Below, piece after piece: positions 20,039-28,296 of a DNA stretch of 64,000 bases (position 1 is its first letter; every line of letters starts with the position of its first letter). Source of the stretch: Minisyncoccia bacterium (GTDB taxonomy: Bacteria > Patescibacteriota > Minisyncoccia > Phycocordibacterales > UBA918); contig JBKJIT010000003.1 of assembly GCA_046598345.1 (NCBI GenBank), forward strand, positions 273,258-337,257. Reading direction: 5' to 3'. A program made the position numbers and the translations under genes. Under the pieces are notes generated by a model that saw only the letters and a list, made by a program, of their open reading frames with translations, was not told the DNA's origin and did no database searches.

Positions 20039-20096
20039 CCTTTTTTAAAAACCCCTTGGTTTCCAAGAAGTAGAGCTTCATTTTTTATTTATTAAA

Positions 20097-20321
20097 ATGA
20101 TATATACTGAGATATCTATGAAGAATATAAAAAACTACAATCTCACAAAAATAATTAAGAAAGAGCATGCAGGTAAGTGGGTGGCGCTTTCTCCAAAGTA
20201 TGACAAAGTAGTGGGTTTTTCTGCAGATCTCGTTACACTTACCAAGAAAGTCGGAGGTAAAAAAGTTGTATACATGAAGGCGATGTCTCCAGACACACAC
20301 TACGCTTTTGTTCAGATCTAG
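20097..20321 (+). CDS. Small GKWVA-motif protein (DUF5678-like, from memory)
   Basis: 74 aa; EHAGKWVAL...DKVVGFSADL pattern; sits directly upstream of the aspartyl protease gene. Confidence 0.35.
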   Translation: MIYTEISMKNIKNYNLTKIIKKEHAGKWVALSPKYDKVVGFSADLVTLTKKVGGKKVVYMKAMSPDTHYAFVQI

Positions 20322-20331
20322 TTTTTCCTAA

Positions 20332-20742
20332 ATGGAACAATATCACTATTTAGGAACGTTAGGGATGGGAAATAGTCCTATTATTTATAGACCCTCGATT
20401 GAAATTGAACTCATTAATGGTCGTAACAAAACCAAGCAAATGGCTATAGTTGATTCAGGTACGGATATTTCACTTATGGATTTTGGAGTGGCAAAAGTAT
20501 TGAATGTAGACTTTAAATCTTGCGAAAAAAGGAAGGTTGGAGGCATTACCGGAAGCAGTGTTGGATATCGTACTGACGTTGAAATAATCGTAGAGAGGTT
20601 TACTGCGCGGCTAAAAATCCCGGTTATTTTCGTTGAAGAGTTAAATACGGGAATTCTACTAGGACAAATTGGTTTCTTTGAACACTTCGTGATTACCTTT
20701 GATAAGAAAAAAAGTATTTTTACTCTAAAAGAAAATACCTAA
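20332..20742 (+). CDS. Retropepsin-like (clan AA) aspartyl protease
   Basis: AIVDSGTD catalytic motif, flap-like VGGITGSS, ILLGQIGFF C-terminal motif; 136 aa, the size of a single retropepsin protomer. Confidence 0.5.
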   Translation: MEQYHYLGTLGMGNSPIIYRPSIEIELINGRNKTKQMAIVDSGTDISLMDFGVAKVLNVDFKSCEKRKVGGITGSSVGYRTDVEIIVERFTARLKIPVIFVEELNTGILLGQIGFFEHFVITFDKKKSIFTLKENT

Positions 20743-20794
20743 CTAAATAAAAAACCCCCTTGTTTTCACAAGGGGGTCGTGGCAGAGTATGTGG

Positions 20795-21223
20795 TCAGAG
20801 CTTGGCGATAACCGCCTTCACTTCTTTCCTCATGCCATGTACCGTTCTTGTCTCAGGCAACACTACTCCCAGAAGGTTGAGATACTCCTCTAACCACCTG
20901 AGTCTTGTGTCACCTAACTTCACCATGCGCCTCAATTCTGAAGGCGTGTAGGAAGCAAGCTCGGCAAGCCGCGTGTTCACTCCTGTCTTTTCCACGAAGG
21001 TAAACATCACCCGATTTCTCACCGAAGAGACCGTCCGGGCTGACCGTAGAAGCTTTTCCCGTGGGGACGCCTCGTTAGCCATTTTCCGATCAATCACTTC
21101 TTTGATAAATTCAGGATCAAAAACCTCCTTGATGTCGAGCAGTAATGCTTTCGCTGTGCTTTTCACTAGTCTTCTCCTTTCGCAGAAGTGCATGGTCCCT
21201 TTCGGGACGCAGACAATCCACAT
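20795..21223 (-). CDS. Hypothetical protein, possible helix-hairpin-helix DNA-binding C-terminus
   Basis: C-terminal LAELASYTPSELRRMVKLGDTRLRWLEEYL resembles an HhH motif; start uncertain (M1 or M11); opposite strand to neighbours. Confidence 0.3.
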   Translation of the reverse strand: MWIVCVPKGTMHFCERRRLVKSTAKALLLDIKEVFDPEFIKEVIDRKMANEASPREKLLRSARTVSSVRNRVMFTFVEKTGVNTRLAELASYTPSELRRMVKLGDTRLRWLEEYLNLLGVVLPETRTVHGMRKEVKAVIAKL

Positions 21224-21326
21224 CCAGAGAGGAACCTGCCGGGGCCTAAATTACCATATAGTTTTTTTCTGTCAAGTCCTTATAAGGAACCATAGAAATA
21301 ATGAAAGAAATTGATACAATTAAAAT

Positions 21327-21845
21327 ATGAATATTGCGTACATTGACGGACAGAATCTCCGTATGGGTACTACAAGACGCGAGCCTGAGTGGCGGATAGA
21401 CCTAACTAGATTTCGTGTGTACCTAGAAAAGAAATATGCTGTAGAGCGCGCCTATTATTATCTCGGGTATGTACAAGAGGATGGCAAAGGTGACGCACTA
21501 TATGAAGAAATCCAAACTGCTGGTTTTATCCTAGTCTTTAGACAGCACAGTGCTGCAATGAAAGGTGAGAAGAAAGGGAATGTAGACTCAGATATTATTC
21601 TTTCAATTATGAAGCGTTTGTATTACAAGGAAGAATTTGACAAGATTGTACTTGTTTCTGGTGATGGGGATTATAAGCAACTCATTGATCTTCTCATAGA
21701 AGAAAAGAAATTAGAAAAAATCCTGTTTCCTAAACAACAGTATGCATCCTCTTTATATAAGCAAATTACGCGTCAGTATTTTGATGATCTAAGTAAGGAG
21801 GATATACGAGCAAAAATTGAAAAAAGAAAAGGGGGCCTTAGGTAG
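21327..21845 (+). CDS. NYN-domain (LabA-like, PIN-fold) putative nuclease
   Basis: N-terminal AYIDGQNL and VLVSGDGDY motifs of the NYN/LabA family; 172 aa; hairpin terminator 21838-21870. Confidence 0.65.
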   Translation: MNIAYIDGQNLRMGTTRREPEWRIDLTRFRVYLEKKYAVERAYYYLGYVQEDGKGDALYEEIQTAGFILVFRQHSAAMKGEKKGNVDSDIILSIMKRLYYKEEFDKIVLVSGDGDYKQLIDLLIEEKKLEKILFPKQQYASSLYKQITRQYFDDLSKEDIRAKIEKRKGGLR

Positions 21846-22282
21846 TTAGCCGTTTGGGCCCCTTTTCGTCGTGATGTTTAGATTATACACCGAAACTATG
21901 AAAAATCAATGAGTATCCCCAGGGTCAAATCCAATGTGTTTTATGGTTAATTTAGAAATAGATAATGCTCCCAGCATTACATCAGGATCCGACGGAGGTA
22001 ATCTTTCATTACATGAACAGTATACCTTTTGGCTATATTGATTCGTTCACTCTCAATCTAGCTCAAAAGCTTTTCGATTCTCACGCAACATGCTCCCAGC
22101 ATGATTCCACGAAATTGGAGCAAATCACTAGAAAAACTTCCTGTGGTGTCAGGTCACTAATTCGCTGACGCTCGTAAGCGCCTCCTACCCGGACTCGACC
22201 GTTTTTGCATTCTGATAGCAAAAACATGTCTCCGTCTATCACAGCGACACGCAAGCAAAGCAGTCTGCTTGCTAAAACGCAA

Positions 22283-22320
22283 AATGCCACTTCTTAAGAA
22301 GTGGCATTTTGCGTTTTGTC
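22283..22320 (+). terminator. Hairpin terminator closing an ORF-less ~420-nt region
   Basis: aaaatgccacttc-ttaa-gaagtggcatttt followed by gcgttttg. Confidence 0.5.
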
Positions 22321-22324
22321 GATG

Positions 22325-22396
22325 TGATCCCACGGAGAATCGAACTCCGATTTCCAGGATGAAAACCTGATGTCCTAACCGTTAGACGATGGGACC
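22325..22396 (-). tRNA. tRNA-Glu (anticodon TTC)
   Basis: Reverse complement folds: acceptor GGTCCCA/TGGGATC, D-arm GTC..GAC, anticodon loop TTTTCAT, T-arm CGGAG-TTCGATT-CTCCG. Confidence 0.85.
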
Positions 22397-22597
22397 GTAA
22401 AAATCCTTGGATTTTTGTTCGGTTCCATCGTCGTAGACGAGGGGTGAGAAAGTCTGGGGGGACTTTCGCAAGACCTTGCCTGATATTTTTGAAGGCTTTG
22501 CCGTAGAAAAATATCGACAAGGTGTACTGTCCCTGTAAGGGACGCATACTCCGAACGTGGCTATACTACCTAAAAAGTGACAAAAATGCTAGTTTAT

Positions 22598-22700
22598 ATT
22601 CCTATTGGAAGAGTGGCTGAGTGGATATAAGTGTACGGGGTATACTTTTATCCGAGCAGAGCGAGGAGGGCGAATCTGAAACCCGAAGACGCTCTGACAA
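22598..22700 (+). pseudogene. Decayed tRNA-Ser copy (5' 18 nt identical to the intact tRNA-Ser; no 3' acceptor)
   Basis: GGAAGAGTGGCTGAGTGG identical to 22709-22726; retains the gaaacccga variable-arm fragment; cannot fold as a cloverleaf. Confidence 0.35.
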
Positions 22701-22708
22701 TGAAATAT

Positions 22709-22795
22709 GGAAGAGTGGCTGAGTGGTTGAAGGCACCGGTCTCGAAAACCGGCATCGGGGAAACCCGATCGAGGGTTCAAATCCCTCCTCTTCCG
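22709..22795 (+). tRNA. tRNA-Ser (anticodon CGA), long variable arm
   Basis: Acceptor GGAAGAG/CTCTTCC, anticodon loop CTCGAAA, variable arm CATCGGGGAAACCCGATC, T-arm GAGGG-TTCAAAT-CCCTC, discriminator G. Confidence 0.85.
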
Positions 22796-22840
22796 CTTTT
22801 GAGTTTTGCGAGAAAGCGGAAGAGGAGGCCTAGCTTTTTT
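22784..22840 (+). terminator. Terminator hairpin whose 5' arm is the tRNA-Ser 3' end
   Basis: cctcctcttccgc (22784-22796) pairs with gcggaagaggagg (22816-22828); T-run at 22833-22838. Confidence 0.5.
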
Positions 22841-22930
22841 GAAAAAGTGTTAACGCGGATTTGAAAAGGTTGCCAGCAACTTTGTGACGTAAGGAAACAA
22901 AGTGGCGACAACCTGTACTGAACATGTAAT

Positions 22931-22952
22931 GTTCAAATCCCTCCTCTTCCGC
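22931..22952 (+). repeat. 22-bp direct repeat of the tRNA-Ser 3' end (att-site-like scar)
   Basis: gttcaaatccctcctcttccgc identical to 22775-22796, 156 bp downstream. Confidence 0.6.
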
Positions 22953-23090
22953 AGAGAGCAGAGTGAGTGGAGGCAGTAATAAGTTTACGAATATATTTTC
23001 AACCGACTTCTGACCGACTCCGTAGCTACCCATTCAAATTATTTGGTAGAACCTGTTATGATGTAGTGCGGTATCAGTGAATCATAAAAA

Positions 23091-23609
23091 ATGACTATGG
23101 AAGACTTTTCTACAAAACCATTTGCAATCAGTGACATTAGCGAAACATTGTTAAACCTCATCCCTGATTTAGTGCTCGTAAAAGGTGCACAGTCTCATAT
23201 CTTATGGGCAAACAAAGCATTTCAAGACTATTACGGAATGACGAATGAGGAACTAAGGGGACTTATCGATTCACCCTTGACCCAGCCTGACCACACACAG
23301 CAATACATAAAAGATGACGAGTATGTGTTTACTACTGGTAAAACACTTGATATTCCCTCAGAACCAGTAACGCGACATGATGGTGTTATTCGTTATTTCA
23401 ATACAATTAAATCAGCGGTGCGCAACGACTCGGGGGAAGTTGTAATGACAATTGGTATTTCGCGTGATATCACCGAGCGAAAAAAGGCAGAGGAAGACAT
23501 GAAAATTGCTCTTGCTGAATTAGAAAAGATCAATAGTCATATGGTAGACCGTGAGCTTAAAATGGTTGAGTTGAAGAAAGAGCTGAGCGAGCTAAAAAAG
23601 CAGCAATAA
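23091..23609 (+). CDS. PAS-domain sensor protein with C-terminal coiled coil
   Basis: PAS-like core (ILWANKAFQDYYGMTNEEL...TIGISRDITERK) then a coiled-coil tail; 172 aa. Confidence 0.55.
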   Translation: MTMEDFSTKPFAISDISETLLNLIPDLVLVKGAQSHILWANKAFQDYYGMTNEELRGLIDSPLTQPDHTQQYIKDDEYVFTTGKTLDIPSEPVTRHDGVIRYFNTIKSAVRNDSGEVVMTIGISRDITERKKAEEDMKIALAELEKINSHMVDRELKMVELKKELSELKKQQ

Positions 23610-23613
23610 TAGA

Positions 23614-24180
23614 ATGCAAACGAAATGGCTAATTGCTGGAGTTGGAGGAATTGGACTCTTACTAATCGCTCTCATGTTCCTTCTCCCTGAAAGGGTTGTT
23701 GCACCTGTTAAGGTGATTAACAGCTTTGAAGAGTGCAAAAATGCTGGGTATCCCATTATGGAAATCTACCCTGAACAATGTCGAACTCCAGATGGGGAAC
23801 TTTTTGTAAGAGTAATAGAAGAGGAAACCGGTACTCTCGACCCAGACCCAATACTAGTGCCTACTACAAAGGCGGGACGCGTTACCGGGCAGGTGACCAT
23901 AGGACCTATCTGTCCCGTTGAGCGAGAGGATCAGCCGTGTGTTATAGCGCCGGAAGTGTACACATCGCGAAAGGTTGTCGTATATGGATCTAATCAAGTA
24001 ACTGCTATACAGGAGATGTCACTTGATAGTGAAGGGAACTACACTTTTTCACTTCCACCTGGAACATACTGGCTACAAATCGTACCTGCAGGCATTGGAG
24101 AAGGAGAAAAGAAGCAAGTCACCATCCTGGCAGGGAAGACTACACCGCTCGATTTTGACGTCGACACAGGTATTCGTTAA
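23614..24180 (+). CDS. Hypothetical membrane-anchored protein with C-terminal beta-sandwich-like domain
   Basis: N-terminal TM helix; C-terminal GNYTFSLPPGTYWLQIVP resembles a carboxypeptidase-regulatory/Ig-like pattern. Confidence 0.4.
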   Translation: MQTKWLIAGVGGIGLLLIALMFLLPERVVAPVKVINSFEECKNAGYPIMEIYPEQCRTPDGELFVRVIEEETGTLDPDPILVPTTKAGRVTGQVTIGPICPVEREDQPCVIAPEVYTSRKVVVYGSNQVTAIQEMSLDSEGNYTFSLPPGTYWLQIVPAGIGEGEKKQVTILAGKTTPLDFDVDTGIR

Positions 24181-24305
24181 GTCTATCTTCATAATTTCTT
24201 CATATTGAAAGCATATAATGCGAGTTGCGTAGTTCATTGAGACCCAGTGTACATGCGTGTAGTAGATACAAACCCGCCCATAATCTCTAATCAGAAAGGC
24301 ATACA

Positions 24306-24689
24306 ATGATGGATGGAGTCATTGTAATACTCAAACTAGGAACCAAAATCCCCGAGTGGATTGAAAAACATGAACAAATGGAGGTAATATCTCACGTGCG
24401 TCGCACACCACAGAAGGACGTGGCACTCAGAGTTCATAAAGGCAACGCCGTAATCCTTGATGGCCTTGTCTATGTGCGCTTGCCCGGCTCTGTCGAGGTT
24501 GTGCCGGCGTTTCAGGCAGAGGACGTTCTGCTAATCAAGACATTTGGAAACCGTGATCTCTTTGCCCACGAATGTTTTTGCCTCATGTGCAGGAGACTCG
24601 AAGGATTTCCTGTTGAGGGAGTAGGTGTGAAAAGGTGGAAGTGCAGGGTGTGTGGCAACATGTGGCCGCGCTCCGATCTGCTTCAGTAA
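24306..24689 (+). CDS. Hypothetical protein with C-terminal zinc ribbon
   Basis: CFCLMC...(17)...CRVCG cysteine pairs; 127 aa. Confidence 0.4.
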   Translation: MMDGVIVILKLGTKIPEWIEKHEQMEVISHVRRTPQKDVALRVHKGNAVILDGLVYVRLPGSVEVVPAFQAEDVLLIKTFGNRDLFAHECFCLMCRRLEGFPVEGVGVKRWKCRVCGNMWPRSDLLQ

Positions 24690-24712
24690 CGCATGTGCAA
24701 GTTCTAAGGAGA

Positions 24713-24745
24713 ATCCCAGGCGACTTTTTGCCTGGGATTTTTTTG
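24713..24745 (+). terminator. Rho-independent terminator
   Basis: atcccaggc-gactttt-tgcctgggat followed by TTTTTTT. Confidence 0.6.
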
Positions 24746-25403
24746 AAATTAAAAAACTCCCAAGATGGAAGTGTAAAATGTTTTTCTTGTGCCCCAGAAG
24801 CCCGCTTGTGCGGGCTTCTGTCCGGGTAAGTTCCTACGACGTGTGCGCGTCGCACATAAATAATATCACAAAGACTGAAAAGAGAGATACACACAACTTT
24901 TTCCCCTGTGAATAGCACAGGTTTGTACCCATGCTTATACACCTTCTTCTCCCCATGTTATCCCCGCTTTGGCTTAAAATATGGATGAAATAAAGAGGTA
25001 AAATACTGTATTGACGCAATTTCTAGGTGTGCGAAGCTTTATATACTCTTCGAGTGTGGTGACTTTCTTCACATATTAACACTCGTAACAGAGTGTAGTG
25101 GCTCGAAGGGTATGCTCTACGTTGTATAAGGAAAAACTGCCAAGCCGTTGGCGGTTTTTTCTATTCGAACTTCGCGCTCGGCGTTCTCCTTCGTTGCACT
25201 GCGCAAAATGATACTCATCGTATATGTATACGCCTCGCATCATTTTGCTTGTGCGCCTCGGATTACATCCAAGCACGAAGTTCTCAGTGTGTCGGTGGTC
25301 GTGTACTATTTGAGCATTCGGACTTTGCATCAATCGTATGCATTCGAATTGTGGGAAATAATAAAAGCCGCCTCAGAGAGGCAGCTTTTATTATGTATCC
25401 TTC

Positions 25404-26324
25404 TTACTTCGTTTTGAGGTGGACATAGATGTCTTCAAGGGCTCGTACAGCATCACCTGCTGAGATGTTGTTTTGGTGGTATTTGATGTTGGTGCAGTCA
25501 CCCGCAGCCCAAATGCCAGGAACGCTCGTTTGTTGCGTCCATGGGTCAATCTTTACGCGCTTGTATTCATCGAGCTCAAGAAGGTCAGCAGCGTAGTCGG
25601 TGGATGGCATGAGGCCGATTTCTACGAATATTCCTCCTGCAGGAACGGTGTGATCTACACCATCTTTGTCCGTGTATACCACTCCATTCACAAACTTGTC
25701 TCCCAAGATTTCCTTGGTGGTTGCATTAGTGATCGCTTTCATGTGGGGGTTAGCGAGGACTTTCTCTACGGTAACAGGATCAGCTTTAAAAGAATCATTG
25801 TAATGGAGAAGCGTGACGCTCTTCGTGTACGCGAGAAGCTGCGCAGCTGTCTCAAATCCTGCGTTTCCACCTCCAATTACCACAACGTCGCGTCCAGAGA
25901 ACAATGGGCCATCGCAGGTAGCACAGTATGTGAGTCCTTTCTGGTCATAGGTATCTGCGCCGGGAACGCCAAGTTTCCGTCGTACTGATCCTGTGGCAAT
26001 GAGAATTGCCTTTGCTTCATGGGTCTCGCCATTATCGAGCGTTACATCAAACCCTCCGTCTTTCTTTCCGATTTTGGTAACCAAGCTTCCATCTACGATA
26101 GTGACAAATTCACCGGAGTACGCCTTGAGGTGTTCCTCAAGATTCTTTGCAAGATCATTACCAGAAATGTTTTTCGTTCCAATCCAGTTTTGGATATCTG
26201 GAGATACAATACTCTGGCCGCCCCATTCCTTTGTTATAAAAAGTGTCTTGAGTTGCTTACGAGACGCATAGACTCCTGCTGAAATACCTCCGGGGCCGCC
26301 ACCAATAATAATAAGATCGTACAT
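25404..26324 (-). CDS. trxB: Thioredoxin reductase
   Basis: FAD motif IIGGGPGG, redox CATCDG, second Rossmann motif GGGNAGFETA; start set at MYDLIIIGGG. Confidence 0.85.
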   Translation of the reverse strand: MYDLIIIGGGPGGISAGVYASRKQLKTLFITKEWGGQSIVSPDIQNWIGTKNISGNDLAKNLEEHLKAYSGEFVTIVDGSLVTKIGKKDGGFDVTLDNGETHEAKAILIATGSVRRKLGVPGADTYDQKGLTYCATCDGPLFSGRDVVVIGGGNAGFETAAQLLAYTKSVTLLHYNDSFKADPVTVEKVLANPHMKAITNATTKEILGDKFVNGVVYTDKDGVDHTVPAGGIFVEIGLMPSTDYAADLLELDEYKRVKIDPWTQQTSVPGIWAAGDCTNIKYHQNNISAGDAVRALEDIYVHLKTK

Positions 26325-26684
26325 GAGAGTCTTAAAGTTATGAATATATAAAGTGTGGCACAATTTTACCGCATTGTGCCGTAAACAACAAAACCAGCCT
26401 TACGCTGGTTTTGTTGTTTACTTCAATTTAGAACGTCTGAGGAATGCAGGAACGCGACTTACAGCGGTTGTTCAGGTTCTGAAACAATTTAAAACCGCCT
26501 GCAGGCGATCTAAATTGTCGAACAAGTTTGAATTTCCGGTACAGGGGTCAAGTTGCTAAATTATTTTAATAACTACGTTATTAAAATAATAAGCACTTCC
26601 TCCCCGGCCTCGCTGTCTCAGTGCATTAGGAATGGCACTTCGTATCGCTCTGGCTGGCTGTTCGCATTTTTGTGTTGTCCAAAC

Positions 26685-27920
26685 TTACTTAAGTTTGGAT
26701 CTACGCAAAAATGCTGGAACAGCCCCCCAGTCTGATTCGTCTTCTTCGTCGACGGGATCGACGGGTTTTGGCTCCTTCATCATTGTAAATGGTTTCTTTT
26801 CCTCCTGTACTTGAGCAACTACCTGCTCTTCCTCAGGCGCGCGTCCCATTCCAATGGAATTGAAGATACGTCCACGAACTTCTTCTTTCTCTTCGCGACG
26901 TTCAGTTGGTCGTTCCATACGATCGTCTCGACGCATTTGCGAACCGTGTGCTGAGCTTGATTCAGACTCAGGAAATCCTGTCGCGATAACCGTTACGCGA
27001 ATTTCGTTCTTTTTAAGTTTCTCGTCTCGAATTGCTCCAAAGATAACCTTTGCGTGTGGGTCAATGGATTCAGTAATAATGCGCGCAGCATCTTGAATTT
27101 CAAGCATACCGAGGTCATCACCTCCCGCAATTGCAAAGAGTACCCCTTTTGCCCCTGTAATAGAGACTTCAAGGAGGGGAGAGTTAATCGCAAAACGTGC
27201 CGCTTCCTCAGCTCGCTTTTCACCCGTTGAAAGTCCGACACCCATGAGTGCAGAACCAGCATTTTCCATAACACTTCGAATGTCAGCAAAGTCCACGTTA
27301 ATGATACCTGGCATGGTGATGAGATCGGAGATCCCCTCGACCGCCTGCTTAAGTACATTGTCACAGAGTTCGAATGCAGCTTTAACGCTCGTTTCACGGT
27401 CAACGATTGCGAGAAGTCTATCGTTTGGAATAGTGATGAGTGCGTCCACTTCTTTCTTCAGTTCTTCAATTCCTTGAAGTGCGAGACGCATTCGCTCTTG
27501 TCCTTCGAAGAGGAATGGCTTCGTGACCACACCAACGGTAAGAGCACCACTGTCACGAGAAATTTTTGCAACAACAGGTGCTGCTCCGGTCCCGGTACCA
27601 CCACCCATACCACCCGTAATAAAAATCATGTCTGATCCTTTGAGTGCGTTTGCGATTTCCTCGCGAGTTTCTTCAGCTGCTCGACGGCCCATGTCTGGAT
27701 TTCCACCTGCACCGAGTCCGCGGGTGAGATTTTTTCCAATGTGGATCTTTCGTTTTGCCATTGAGTTATGGAGATCTTGCGCATCGCTGTTGATTGCGAT
27801 GAATTCGACGCCTTTCACCTTCGCACCAACCATGTGATTTACTGCGTTTCCACCGGAGCCACCAACACCGATTACTCGAATTCGTGCGAATGATTCAACG
27901 TCTGTCTTAATCTGTTCCAT
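26685..27920 (-). CDS. ftsZ: Cell division protein FtsZ
   Basis: Tubulin signature [14 protein letters not shown]-terminal [12 protein letters not shown]; start set at ATG (MEQIKTD) with GAGG RBS; longer ORF uses TTG. Confidence 0.9.
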   Translation of the reverse strand: MEQIKTDVESFARIRVIGVGGSGGNAVNHMVGAKVKGVEFIAINSDAQDLHNSMAKRKIHIGKNLTRGLGAGGNPDMGRRAAEETREEIANALKGSDMIFITGGMGGGTGTGAAPVVAKISRDSGALTVGVVTKPFLFEGQERMRLALQGIEELKKEVDALITIPNDRLLAIVDRETSVKAAFELCDNVLKQAVEGISDLITMPGIINVDFADIRSVMENAGSALMGVGLSTGEKRAEEAARFAINSPLLEVSITGAKGVLFAIAGGDDLGMLEIQDAARIITESIDPHAKVIFGAIRDEKLKKNEIRVTVIATGFPESESSSAHGSQMRRDDRMERPTERREEKEEVRGRIFNSIGMGRAPEEEQVVAQVQEEKKPFTMMKEPKPVDPVDEEDESDWGAVPAFLRRSKLK

Positions 27921-28296
27921 AACTATTTTATGTAATACCTCAGAGCCCCGTAAGCCCAAACTAGTAAAGTACGACTATCATACAGGTCACAAAAATATCT
28001 GTCACTATATTGACAAATTTCACTTGCGTGCGATTGAACAAACAATAGAATGTGTCCTCAATAACCTTATTTTACAAGCTTTAATTCATCTTAAAGCCAT
28101 ATCTATAAGAATCCAGAAGACATACGGTATTGATTGAAGTTACAGAAACGAGAGCAAAATTACTGTTCGAGTCGAACAGTACCTTAATCAGTGAAGCGTA
28201 AGATACGCGGCGGCGAGGAGAGAAAACACGAAACGTACTACAGTTACGGTAAGTGTTTAAGCGACAAAGCTAACAAAGTAGATGACGCTTCAATGC

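Noticed and set aside
22150-22320. tmRNA (GGACTCGACC resembling the tmRNA 5' GGATTCGACGG; TTCGATTC T-loop-like at 22070)
   Set aside because: No tRNA-like acceptor or T-arm pairing, no CCA, and no plausible tag reading frame ending in ...LAA.
22631-22864. 77-aa ORF overlapping tRNA-Ser
   Set aside because: Overlaps an intact tRNA gene and its terminator. Spurious.
26685-27959. ftsZ start at TTG ([13 protein letters not shown]...)
   Set aside because: An ATG (MEQIKTD) 13 codons downstream has a GAGG RBS at correct spacing and matches canonical FtsZ N-termini.
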